Positions 36,786 to 48,296 of a stretch of 64,000 bases of DNA are shown here, in pieces (positions within the stretch are counted from its first letter, which is position 1; each line of letters starts with the position of its first letter). Source of the stretch: Scyliorhinus canicula (lineage: Eukaryota); the NCBI RefSeq assembly GCF_902713615.1, contig NW_024055740.1:124001-188000 (forward strand). Reading direction: 5' to 3'. Below the pieces are notes generated by a model. The model searched no databases, had not been told where the DNA came from, and was given only the letters and a program-made list of their open reading frames with translations. The position numbers and the translations under genes are program-made.

Positions 36786-36860
36786 AACGTTTCCTCTAAT
36801 TGTGATTTAAACATACAGCCACTCGATTAATGGTGTTTCCACTTTACTGATGTTAGATCT

Positions 36861-37026
36861 GAAAATGAAATGAAAATCACTTATTGTCACAAGTAGACTT
36901 CAGTCAAGTTATTGTGAAAAGCCCCTCAGCGCCACATTCCGGCACCTGTTCGGGGAGGCTGGTACGGGAATTGAACCGTGCTGCTGGCCTGTCTTGGTCT
37001 GCTTTAAAATCCAGCGATTTTAAACC
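36861..37026 (-). mobile_element. Short SINE (head B + tail 2)
   Basis: Homologous to 33844-34023. Confidence 0.8.
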
Positions 37027-37382
37027 AGTCTCTGGTCAATGAGACCCGGATTTCTACAGGTCTCAGCCCCAAGTCTGATACAACCAGAGCTCTCAGCTCA
37101 GAAACACCCTGGGTTAGAGACAGAGTAAAACTCATTCATTCCAGGATTCAGCAAAATATCTTCATTGACTTTCCTCCAGATGAGGAGAAATCGGACAATT
37201 TCCCATTTCAGACAAACAAACCCATCACATTTAGATCTCGGTGTCCCTGCTTCTCTCATTGTCCATCCCTTTAAAATTAATGTCAGCTTTAAGTTGCTGC
37301 ATGAGACCCACTGGGAACTGATTTGAGGGTCACACAGAAACATGGACCAACAATCTCCAGTCAAAGAGAGGGGAAAGTGAAA

Positions 37383-38345
37383 TTGTTAATCCACTGTACC
37401 CCCACCTCCCCAACAGAGAGAGCGGGAGGGGTATTAGTTATTCCACTGTCTCCCCACCCACCCACCCACCTCCCACACAGAGAGAGGGGGAAGGGCATTA
37501 GTTAATCCACTGTACCCCCACTTCCCCAATAGAGGGAGGGGGAGGGGTATTAGTTAATCCACTGTACCCCCACTTCCCCAATAGAGAGAGGGTCTTTAGT
37601 TAATTCACTGTACCCCCACTTCCCCAACATAGAGAGTGGGAGGATCTTTAGTTAATCCACTGTATCCCCAATTCGCCAACAAAGAGAGGAGAGGGGGCAT
37701 TAGTTAATCCACTGTACCCCACCTCACCAACAGAGAGAGTGGGAGGGGCTTTAGTTAATACACTGTACCCCCACTTCACCAACAAAGAGAGGGGCATTAG
37801 TTAATCCATTGTCTCCCCACGTCCCCAACAAAGAGAGGGGTTGGGGCATTACTTAACACACTGTACCCCCACTTCCCCAGCAAAACGAGGGGAGGAGCAT
37901 TAGTTAACACACTGTGCCCCCACTTCCCCAGCAAAGCGAGGGGAGGAGCATTAGTTAACACATTGTGCCCCCACTTCCCCAACAAAGAGACGGTGGTGGG
38001 CTGAGTTAATCCACTGTACATCCGCTTCCAACAATGGGGGGGGGGGGGGGGGGTGTACATTAGTTAATCCACTGTACATCCGCTTCCAACAATGAGGGGG
38101 GGGGGTGTACATTAGTTAATCCACTGTACATCCGCTTCCAACAATGAGGGGGGTGTACATTAGTTAATCCACTGGACACCCGCTTCCAACAATGAGTGGA
38201 AGGACATTATTTAATCCACTGCCTCCCCACTTCCCCAACAAAGAGAGCAAAGGGGCAATACTAACACATTTTACCTCCACTTTCCCAACCAAAAGAGGAG
38301 GAAGGTGATGAGTGAACTCTCTGTATCTCCACCTCCAACAGGGAG
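37383..38345. repeat. ~18 x 45-60 bp minisatellite in the Cmu4-TM1 intron
   Basis: TAGTTAATCCACTGTACCCCCACTTCCCCAACAGAGAGAGGGGGAGGGGCAT-type units. Confidence 0.92.
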
Positions 38346-38774
38346 AACCCAAAGGGAATTTGCTGAGCTGACCAGAGAGAGGGAGATTATTAACTCAATA
38401 TCTTCCCAGTCCCCAAGCAGGGAGTTTGGAAGTAAACGGTTGTCTGGACTAAGAACTCAGTTACTGACATTACAAGACGCCATGTAGTTTACAGGCTGAA
38501 ACATTATAAAGATGTTCTTAAAATATCTATTTATGCAACATAATTTTTTTAGCACCCTTGTTCCTCTTATCCGTATGCTAAGACCGATTCCCCATAATCC
38601 AAATCCAGACTGGTGATTGAATTCTCTCTGGGTTTTCACTGTTCTCTCCTGAGGAGCCTCCTTGTTTTTTTGCATTAGGTCACCTGATGTCAGCTTGCAA
38701 CTCACGGAAAACACATTTATAAGCAGAAAGTTCAACATATTCTACATCGGTATCAATAATACCCACAACTGGCA

Positions 38775-40110
38775 AAGCTACAGGCAGCTGATACAAATAC
38801 ACAGACAGATAAACAGACACAGACACTACACACACATGCACACAGACCCACAAACACACACACGCTCACAAGTAGACACAAACACACACATGGACACACA
38901 CATAGAAACACATGCACAAACATACACCCAGGCACAACGGACCACACATATTTTGACACAAAAACACATGCAAATGTGCACAAAAATTCACAAGCATGCA
39001 CATAAACACAAAAAGCACATGTTTAGAAACACACAGACTCACGTGCACATCCACACATACAAACACAATTCCACACACACAAGTGGGTACACGCATGTAC
39101 ACAGACATATACAACCACATGTCCACACAGATACACAGACATATACAACCAGACAAGCAGGCTGACAGAAGAATATGAAACAGAAATGTAACCAATAACA
39201 TGTAAATTAGCAGAATTTCACGATGACAGAAATATTTCCATTCAAACAGAGACAATAATCCACACTAACGGACACACGTAGATACATATTAGCTGACTCG
39301 TGCACACGCTAACACGAACACATATGAATACACATAGAATCATCAATACACATCAATAGATAGTTATAATCAAACATCAACGCATAAATAGCACCTCTGC
39401 CTCACAGCGCCATAATCCCGGGTTCAATTCCAGCCTTGGGTGATTGTCTGTGTGGAGTTCCCACGTTCTGCCGGGTCTGTTCCTGTTTCCTCCGCGTGCT
39501 CTAGTTTCCTCCCACAGTCCAAAGATGTGCAGGTTCGGTGGATTGGCCAGGCTATATTACCGCTTAATGCCCACAACGTTAGATGGGGTTACGAGGTTCT
39601 GGGGACAGGGCAGGGGCATGCGTCCAGGTAGGGTGCTCTTTCGGAGGGTCGGTGCAGACACAATGGGCCGAATGGCCTCGTTCGGCACAGTAGGGATTAT
39701 ATTTAATGATGATTCTATGAAGAAATACACGCATCAACAAACACACACACACACAAACGCACTTATACAGACACAAACATTAAGACACTGACATGCATGT
39801 TGAACGTACAAAGACACATTAACACTTTCATTCCTGGACAGGGAAGTATAAACTTATATTGACATAGGCATTAATATATAAACATAGACTTCAACACACA
39901 AACACAGACAATAAAACACTCATATGTACACATTAACAGAAGATAAACAAAGTTCACACAGGCTCTGACACACAGATACACAGATCAATACTCCTTGACA
40001 CATGAACACACACAATGACACTTATAAAGACATCGGGACACACAAAAGAAGAGTAAAGAAATACGAATTTCGCATCCACACAGACACAAAAGCTAAAGAA
40101 CAAACACAAA
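38775..40110. repeat. Degenerate (CA)-rich field containing an HE1 SINE
   Basis: ACAC/ACAT low complexity. Confidence 0.85.
39391..39720 (+). mobile_element. HE1-type SINE
   Basis: GCCTCACAGCGCC...GGGTTCAATTCC, V-core, tail GGGCCGAATGGCC...ATTCTATGA. Confidence 0.8.
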
Positions 40111-40120
40111 CGTCAGGCAA

Positions 40121-40310
40121 GGGCAGCACGGTGGCATAGTGGTTAGCACTGCTGCCTCACGCCACCATGGACCTGGGGTTGATCCCGCTCCTGGGTCCCT
40201 GTCCCAGTGGACTTTCCCAGTGACCCGTGGGTCTCACGCCGACAACCCAAAGATGTGCAGGGTCGGTGGATTGCCCGTGTTAAATTGCCCCTTAATTGGA
40301 AGAAAAAAGT
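40121..40310 (+). mobile_element. HE1-type SINE, short A-tailed subfamily
   Basis: Same shortened core and CCCCTTAATTGGA tail as 6767-6990; no clear TSD. Confidence 0.75.
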
Positions 40311-40463
40311 TACAGCGATCGATTTCCGAGTGTCATGAACTCAACAGTAGATATGCAATGACAAATATGTTAAATTAGCAGCGGGAGAAAATGAAACGAG
40401 AATATTAAAAAACATATCCTGGATTAATAAACAAACTAATTATATTTGGCTCGATCCTCGTAG

Positions 40464-40591
40464 ATACCACAGACCACACCTGGACTGAAGAAAATGAGGA
40501 TGATAACGGGAACATCTGGACAACCGCTTCCACATTCATCACCCTGTTCTTCCTGAGCATTTCCTACAGCGCTGCAGTCACTCTGGTGAAG
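40464..40591 (+). CDS. IGHM: IgM TM1 exon (DTTDHTWTEENEDDNGNIWTTASTFITLFFLSISYSAAVTLVK)
   Basis: Acidic spacer, conserved W-TTASTF and S-Y-S BCR TM motif; phase matches the Cmu4 internal donor; donor GTGAGA at 40592. Confidence 0.95.
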
Positions 40592-40731
40592 GTGAGAAGA
40601 TTCAATCCACTCACACTTCAAACTGACAGAAGCCGTTTAAAACATCTCTAAATGTTTGATTGATTAAAAACTCTAACATCAATGTCCCAGATCATAAACA
40701 TCTGCTTCATCAGTTTCTCTCTCTTTTACAG

Positions 40732-40740
40732 ATCAAGTGA
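40732..40740 (+). CDS. IGHM: IgM TM2 exon (IK*)
   Basis: Polypyrimidine tract + CAG, then ATC AAG TGA. Confidence 0.88.
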   Translation: MK

Positions 40741-41180
40741 TCGGTTGACGTTCGGACGCTGTAGGTTTCCCTCAGCTGTTTATTATGATCTATGTGTGAC
40801 ACAAATACAATATCTCCTCTTGGTGACTCTCACAGTAAAATTATCTCAGTTTATTATTCTGCATCTGTAACTGAGACAATCATGGACAGTATTTCTGCTT
40901 TTCAGTTTAAAATGTACGAGATAATTTTGGCTGTATTGTAATTGTAGTTAATAATTTCTCTCAATGTCATGTCGAAATAAGTAACTTATCTCGTGCCTTA
41001 TTTACAACAGTTGCCTTCTCTTTATGTTGAGCTCCTGTTCTCTCTTGAGTCTGTTACAGTTGTACATACATTTGGCAGCTCAGAGGGCATGTGTTCTGTT
41101 ATCAGTGTCACCCTCAATCGCTATGTTCCCTTTTGTAAACATCAAAATAAGCTTTTGTGTAATATTTTCTCTGAAATTTT

Positions 41181-41186
41181 AATAAA
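41181..41186 (+). terminator. Likely membrane-form poly(A) signal
   Basis: First clear AATAAA ~440 bp after the TM2 stop, in AT-rich context. Confidence 0.6.
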
Positions 41187-41562
41187 TATTGAATGAAAAA
41201 AGAAGAAAACAAGTCTAATCTGAACTCCTTTCTCTAAGGTCCATCGGCACTGATCCTTTTCCCCGATTATACAGTTTTCTCCCCTTTCCCAGACAGATAT
41301 TTCTCACCAGTCCTGTCTGGGATGTGTCTGAACTCAAGGCCCCTCAGTTAAAGAGCCGCTGCGCCACCATCCGGGTTAAGTCATCTTCACCTTTGCCTTT
41401 TTATGGTAAACTCCAGAGACCGAATGATCGCACAGCTGAAGAATTCCACAGATTCACTCCCCTCTGATGGAAGAAATGTCTCCTCACCTCTGTCATAAAT
41501 TTGAGACCCGTTCCTCAAAGTTATGCCCTCTGGTCCCAGACTGTCCCACAAGAGGAAACAAG

Positions 41563-41711
41563 ATGATTTTTCATGCTGTGTAACTGGTTAAAGCTCTTTC
41601 CACAGTCAGTTCACTGGAACTCTCTCCCTCAGGTGTGTGTGTGTCTCGGGGCTTTTCCAGTCACACTGATGTTTGAAATCTCTTCCCACAGTCAGAACAG
41701 ACAAACACATT
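41563..41711 (-). pseudogene. C2H2 zinc-finger gene relic (two dead N-terminal fingers), cut off by a CR1 fragment at ~41385-41560
   Basis: Reverse complement TGTTCTGACTGTGGGAAGAGATTTCAAACATCAGTGTGACTGGAAAAG...GACTGTGGAAAGAGCTTTAACCAGTTACACAGC matches 53050-53170 and 62640-62750. Confidence 0.85.
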
Positions 41712-41999
41712 GACAGTTTGTGATATGTAGGTCCTAATGAATTGAGTCAGATCTTGATGTTATATTTGGTTTGAGTTGCCCAGCTGCCAAACCTCCCGTT
41801 CTAATGCCTGAAAAAGAAGTTTTGAACCAGAATATTGTCCCCAGTGTCTCTGAAACACTCTGTCCGCTGAGGAATCCACTGGTTGTAGAAGGTGTCACGC
41901 ATTCCGGTGGATACCACATGCTCCCTCTGCAAGACCACTGGGAATAGACAAGACCACAGAACAGAAGTCGGCAGCCAGAGTAACCGCCCACCCCCTCCA

Positions 42000-42290
42000 T
42001 AATAATAATAATAATAATCTTTATTGTCACAAGGAGGCTTACATTAACACTGCAATGAAGTTACTGTGAAAAGCCCCTCGTCACCACACTCCGGCGCATG
42101 GTTGGGTCACAGAGGGAGCATTCAGAATGTTCAATTCACAGCACATCTTTCGGGACTTGTGGGAGCAAACCGGAGCACCCGGAGGAAACCCACGGGGAGA
42201 ACGTGCAGACTCCACACAGACAGTGACCCAAGCTGGGCATCGAATCTGGGACCCTGAAACTGTGAAGCAACAGTGCTATCCTACCCCACC
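42000..42290 (-). mobile_element. HE1-head SINE with tail 2 and (TAA)n end
   Basis: Homologous to 72-343 and 50116-50410. Confidence 0.8.
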
Positions 42291-42310
42291 CAGCTACAAT
42301 GCACTGTTTT

Positions 42311-45300
42311 TTTTAATAAATGTTTTTTATTCAGTTTTCATGTTTTATATTGAACAAATTACAAATTGTTAGAGAGAGAAAAAAAAACACGCAAAAATTA
42401 ACATATATATTTACAGGTGAGCATCTTCGTAGTAATAACTGTGACCTCCCCCTCTTTGCCGGCATACATATTTTACATTCCCCAACATGTTTATTGGCAT
42501 TTATTTAGTTTGGTTTTGGGCCTTAGCTAGCCATCAAACCCCCGTAATGAGCCCGTAGCCCCCCCCCCCCCCTCCCCGCCGGCTGCCTTCCCCCGACTAT
42601 TCTTCCTCTTGTACGTTGGCCACAAACAGGTCCCAGAACAATTGCATGAATGGCTCCCACGTTCTGTGGAAGCCGTCGTCCGACCCTCGGATGGCGAATT
42701 TGATTTTCTCCATTTGGAGAGAGTCCGAGAGGTCGGACAGCCAGTCTGCAGCTCTGGGCGGTGCTGTTGACCGCCAGTCAAACAGGATTCTACGGTGGGG
42801 TATCAGGGAGGCAAAGGCAAGGGCGTCCGCCCTCCTCCCCAGGAATAGATCTGGCTGGTCTGAAACCCCGAAGACCGCCACTATCGGGCATGGCTCCACC
42901 CTCACCCCCACCACTTTGGACATAGCCTCGAAGAAGGCTGTCCAGTATTCCACAAGTCTGGGGCAAGACCAGAACATGTGGGCGTGGTTGGCCGGGCCTC
43001 TTTGGCACCGCTCACATCTGTCCTCCACCTCCGGGAAGAACCTACTCATACGGTTTCTCGTTAAGTGGGCTCTATGTACCACTTTTAGTTGCGTCAGGCT
43101 GAGCCTTGCGCACGTGGAGGTGGAGTTGACCCTATGCAGTGCTTCGCTCCAGAGTCCCCACCCTATCTCCATCCCCAGGTCGTCCTCCCATTTCCTTCTT
43201 GTTGCGTCCAGTACGGTGTCGTCCCTATCTACCAGTCGGCCATACATGTCACTACAGTTCCCTTTCTCTAGGATACTTGCGTCCAGTAGGTCTTCCAGTA
43301 GTGTCTGTCGTGGCGGTTGTGGGTACGTCCTTGTCTCCTTTCGTAGGAAGTTTTTGAGCTGCAGGTACCGTAGCTCGTTCCCCCCAGCTAGCTGAAATTT
43401 CTCTGTCAGTTCGTCCAGTGTTGCGATCCTGTCGTCCGTGTATAGGTCCCTGACTGTCAGTGTCCCCCCGTCCTGTCTCCACCTTTTGAAGGTGGCGTCA
43501 GTCAGTGCTGGTTTGAACCTATGGTTGTTGCAGATGGGAGCCTTGTCCGACATTTTGTTCAGGCCAAATTGCTGCCGCAGTTGGTTCCAGGATTGGAGGG
43601 TGGCTGTCACCACTGGGCTGCTGGAGTGTTTTTTGGGTGGGGATGGGAGTGCTGCCGTGGCGAGGGCCCGGAGGGAGGTCCCCATGCAGGAGGCCTCCTC
43701 CGCACGCACCCACTCGGCTTCTGGCTCCTGGATCCATCCCCTTACTCGCTCGGCTGTTGCCGCCCAGTGGTAGAATTGTAGATTCGGGAGGGCTAGCCCC
43801 CCCCCCTGGATTTTGTTTTCTGTAGGACCTTCTTTGGGATCCTAGCATTTTTACCCCCCCCCCCCCCCCCCCCCCCCCCCCCATACGAACGCCATGATAA
43901 GTTTGTCCAGCGCTATGAAGAAGGCCTTGGGGATGTAGATCGGAATGGATCTAAACAGGAAGAGGAACCTGGGCAATACGTTCATTTTGATCGTCTGGAC
44001 TCTTCCTGCGAGGGAGAGGGGGAGTGTGTTCCATCTTTGCAGGTCCTTTTTTACTTCCTCCGCCAGGCTGGTGAGGTTCCATTTGTGGATCCCTTTCCAG
44101 TCATGGGCTATTTGGATCCCCAGGTAGCGGAATTTATGTCGGGCTTGTTTGAACGGCAGCCCCTTTAGTGCTGCCCCCCCCCCCCCCCCCCTTGCTGGTG
44201 TACTGGGAAGATCTCGCTTTTGCTCATGTTGAGTTTGTAGCCCGAGAAGGCTCCAAACTCTTTCAGGAGCGCGATGATTCCATCCATGCTGCTTTGTGGG
44301 TCCGAGATGTAGAGGAGCAGATCATCTGCATAGAGTGAGACTCTGTGCTCTCTGCCTCCCCTTCGGATCCCCCTCCAATTTTTTGCTGCCCTGAGCGCAA
44401 TTGCTAGCGGTTCGATTGCTAGTGCGAACAGCAGTGGGGACAGTGGGCATCCTTGTCTGGTGCCCCTGTGCAGCTGGAAGTATTGGGAGTTGGTATTGTT
44501 GGTCCGTACACTCGCCATGGGGGCGTTGTATAGGAGTTTTACCCACGCGGTGAACCCTGTTCCAAGCCCGAACCGCTCCAGTACCTCTATGAGGTATTTC
44601 CATTTGACTCTGTCGAAGGCCTTTTCTGCGTCCAGGGAGACAATCACCTCTTGTGTTCTCTCCCCGGAGGGAGTCATTATCACGTTAAGCAGGCGCCTGA
44701 TGTTCTAGGTGAGCTGTCTACCTTTGACGAAGCCCGTCTGGTCCTCTGTGACCACCTCAGGTACACAGTCTTCTAGCCTTTTGGCTAGGATTTTGGCCAG
44801 TATTTTGGCGTCTGCGTTCAGCAGAGATATGGGTCTGTATGACCCACATTCCGTTGGGTCTTTGTCTTTCTTAGGTATCAGCGAGATTGAGGCCTGTGCT
44901 AACGTGGGTGGCAGTGTGCCCCTAGCTAGCGAGTCTGTGAACATCTCCCGCAGGTGCGGGGCCAGCGCTGTCGCAAATCCTTTGTAGAAGTCTGCCGGGA
45001 ATCCGTCCGGTCCCGGCGCCTTCCCCGTCTGCATGGAGCTGATACTGTCCATGATCTCTCCCAGTGCTAGTGGTGCTTCCAGGTCCCGTTTCCTTCCCTC
45101 TCCCACGACTGGTATGACCAGTCCATCAAGGAACCGGTTCATCCCAGCCTTCCCCGTTGGGGGCTCTGAGGTGTACAGCTCTTGGTAGAAGGCCTTGAAG
45201 GTTTTGTTAATCCTCTCTGGTTCTGTTTCCAACATGCCTCTGGTACCCCTGATTTGCCCAATTTCTCTGGTGGCTGCCTGCTTTCTCAGCTGGTGTGCCA

Positions 45301-46238
45301 ACAGGCGGCTGGCTTTGTCTCCGTGTTCGTAGAGGGTCCCGCGCGCCTGGCGGAGTTGGTGCACTGCTTTCCTGGTGGAGAGCAGGTCAAAGTTCCTTTG
45401 TAGTTCTTTTCTCTCCGCCAGGAGCCCTACGGTCGGGGCCTCGGAGTATTTATGGTCTACCTCCAGTATGGAGTCGACCAGCTTCTGCCCAGCCACCCTT
45501 TCCTCCCTATCTCTTTGCGCTTTGAAGGCAATGATTTCCCCTCTTATTACGGCCTTAAGCGCTTCCCAGAACGTGGAGGGTGAGACCTCCCCGTTTTGGT
45601 TGTTCTCCGTGTATTCCGCTATGGCCTGCGCTATCCTTTCGCTGAAGGCCTTGTCAGCTAGTAAGGCACCGTCCAACCTCCATGTGGGGCGCTGGGCCCT
45701 TCCCGTCTCCAGCCGCACGTCCATGTAGTGTGGGGCGTGGTCTGATATCACAATTGCGGAGTATTCCACCTTGTCTATCCCTGGAAGCACCGTTTTCCCC
45801 ACCACAAAGAAGTCAATTCTGGAGAACACGTTGTGTACTGGGGAGAAGAAGGAGAATTCTTTCTCCCCCGGGTGGGCGAACCTCCAGGGGTCCACAGCTC
45901 CCATCTGCTCCATAAAGTGACCGAGTTCCCTTGCCATGTTTGAGGTTTTCCCCGTTTTGGGGTTTGATCTGTCCGTCTTTGGGTCCTGTACACAGTTGAA
46001 GTCCCCCCCCATGATTAGTCGATGCGTCGCTATGTCCGGGATTTCTGCCATGGTCTTTTGGATGAAGCTCGTGTCGTCCCAGTTGGGCGCGTACACGTTG
46101 ACTAGGACTACCGGCGCCCCATCCAGGGCCCCGCTGACCATGACATATCGCCCCCCTGGGTCTGTAACCGTCTTTGTCGCCCTAAACATTGTCCTCTTGC
46201 CGATCAGTATCGCCACCCCCCTGGCCCTTGTCCCATAT
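42311..46238 (-). mobile_element. Young L1-clade LINE, 5'-truncated within the endonuclease domain (~3.9 kb)
   Basis: Perfect 14-bp TSD CAATGCACTGTTTT (42297-42310, 46239-46252); empty site reads TT|AAAA on the element strand; poly(A) tail and G-rich 3'UTR. Confidence 0.97.
42597..46238 (-). pseudogene. L1 ORF2 (APE endonuclease-RT-CCHC), disrupted
   Basis: GGDFN and SDH (APE); YRPISLLN, LDAEKAFD, GTRQGCPLSP, YADD (RT); CERC...H...C. One in-frame TAG (44705-44707) and frameshifts at G-tracts ~44174-44190, ~43853-43881 and ~43797-43806. Confidence 0.95.
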
Positions 46239-46821
46239 CAATGCACTGTTTTAATCAGACTCAAAGTAGATTCACGCTCAGCACAAGAATATTAGATATT
46301 ATAGCCTGTCAGATCCACAAACTCTGCCAAAGTGGCTGCAACTTAACAGGTTACTGTGGACATTAAACTGTGGGCAATATTCGATGCTGTGACCAATATT
46401 TAGTTAAACACGGACCTGAATAAGGAAACTTTGCAGCCACCTGTGAAGTTTAAATGTGTCGTTGTGTCAGGATGAACCAGCATTTGAGGAATATGAAATC
46501 TCAGGACTGTTGGTCTCCAAGTGCCGTATTGAACACAGGAGAATGACCTTGAATTGGGACAGAGATAAGCGTGAGTGAGCATCGTAAACTGCTATTGTAT
46601 CGGGGTGTTCTGGGCCCCAGAGTTTTAACCCTGCAGTTAATTGTCAGGGACGCAGTATAATAAGCTCTGAACAAAGCAAATGTGTGTGTGAGAAGCATCT
46701 GAAGCACCAGGAACCAGCTGAACCAGCAGAGCTGAAAGTCTCCCAATGCAGCCAAAGGACTGACCTTATTCCAGCTTCCAAGCCTACCTCAGACCCAACC
46801 TCCTGGCTCTTCATCTACAAG

Positions 46822-47253
46822 AACGTTTGAGGACTTTGGGTCTGTACTCGTTGGGGTTTAGAAGAATGATAGGGGATCTTATTGAAACTTACAAGATACT
46901 ACGAGGCCTGGATAGAGTGGACACGAAGAGGATGTTTCCACTTGCAGCAAAAACTAGAACTAGAGGACACCATCTCAGACTAAAGGGACGATCCTTTGAA
47001 ACAGAGATGAGGAGGAATTTCTTCAGCCACAGGGTGGTGAATCTGTGGAACACTTTGCCGCAGAAGGCTGTGGAAGCCAATTCACTGAGTGTCTTTAAGA
47101 CAGAGATAGGTGGGTTCTTTATTAATAAGGGGATCACGGGTTATGGGGAGAAGGCAGTGGAATGGGGATGAAACAATATAAACCATGATTGAATGGCGGA
47201 GCAGACTCGATGGGCCAAATGGCCTCATTCTGCTCCTATGTCTTATGGTCTTA
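46822..47253 (+). mobile_element. CR1 LINE 3' end
   Basis: LGLYSL.FRRM.GDLIETYKILRGLDRVD...RRNFFSHRVVNLWN; tail CTGCTCCTATGTCTTATGG. Confidence 0.92.
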
Positions 47254-47825
47254 TAAGAAGCTTCAGAGACTCATGATCATTATTTGTTTTTAAAAACGCT
47301 TCACTCCAACTAAAGGATCAGCTCAATAAGAAGACATCAGACCTGCAGCGATATAAAGATTGCAGTCTACATTCCATTTTCATCATCATAGCTTCAACTT
47401 GATCTGTATCTAATTTCTGTCCATGTCAGTGAGTGAAAGAGCTGAGAGACTTAGATGCTCAAACATCCAGGGGAAGATTGTAAAAAATAAATAACCTTTA
47501 TTCCTTTAAAAATGACCAGTAAGCCTGCTGCTGAACTGTATTTTAAATAAAGAAATATCACGCTGAGGGTCAGGAAATATCACACAAACATCCTGATAAT
47601 GGACGGGAAAGGTCCACGAAATGTAATCAACCGTTGTATAACCCCCTTCAGGTAGCTATATAGAGGCTGCAGCCTCTCACACTAAATGTATACGTGATCC
47701 ACAGACACCTCCAGGCTACAAACAGCAGCTTCAGCCTGGGAGTGGGTGAAACATTTAAAAAACCTGTTACAATATAAGCGATCTTGGGGCGCTAGGACCC
47801 GGCTGGGAACAGAAACCTTCAGGTT

Positions 47826-47889
47826 CCGCCCACCAGTTGTTGCATCCCAAGACGCCAGCGCATGCGCTCTGCTTCCCCAAGATGGCGGC
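47826..47889 (+). promoter_or_regulatory. Candidate CpG-rich housekeeping-type promoter (GC box, NRF1, YY1)
   Basis: CCGCCC 47826-47831, GCGCATGCGC 47858-47867, CAAGATGGCGGC 47878-47889. Confidence 0.55.
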
Positions 47890-47929
47890 TGTGACCAGGG
47901 CCTGGTCCCGGGACAAAAAGCTGACCGGC

Positions 47930-48005
47930 GGTGATGTGACCTGAGGATCACCACACCTCAGGCAAGGGGCCAGGTTGGGAAGGCGGTGCCTTCAGGAATA
48001 ACTGG
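47930..48005 (-). mobile_element. Fragment of the head-B/body-3 SINE
   Basis: Reverse complement of TTATTC.TGAAGG...CCTGAGGTGTGGTGATCCTCAGG. Confidence 0.6.
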
Positions 48006-48296
48006 GAAGGTGATGTTTGGTCAGTTGCTGCAGTCTGTGTAGTGAAGGTGCTGTCACAGTGGTGTGAGGTAAAGAAGTACAGGATTATCACCCAGCAATG
48101 ATGAATTAAGGGGAATGTAAATCCAGCTCAGGCTGCTTTCAGATTGGAAAGGGAGCTAAGGTGTGTCCTTAGAGCTGGTGAATGTTCTGGCTTTGGCAGT
48201 TTCTCTGTAAAGTCCTTCTCATTCATTCCCCCTCTTTACAGCACAGATAGAGGCCTTTTGGCCCATTCATAATAATCTTTATTATTGTCACAAGTA

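Larger units (their letters stand above)
15774..40740 (+). other. IGHM: Complete germline (unrearranged) shark IgM heavy-chain cluster L-V-D1-D2-J-Cmu1-4-sec-TM1-TM2
   Basis: All segments are in order with canonical GT/AG sites, compatible phases, open frames and RSSs; cluster organisation is typical of chondrichthyans. Confidence 0.97.

Noticed and set aside
42616-43395. 259-aa ORF antisense to L1 ORF2 (also 49024-49803)
   Set aside because: Shadow ORF of a GC-rich L1 coding strand; it appears twice only because the two copies are near-identical.
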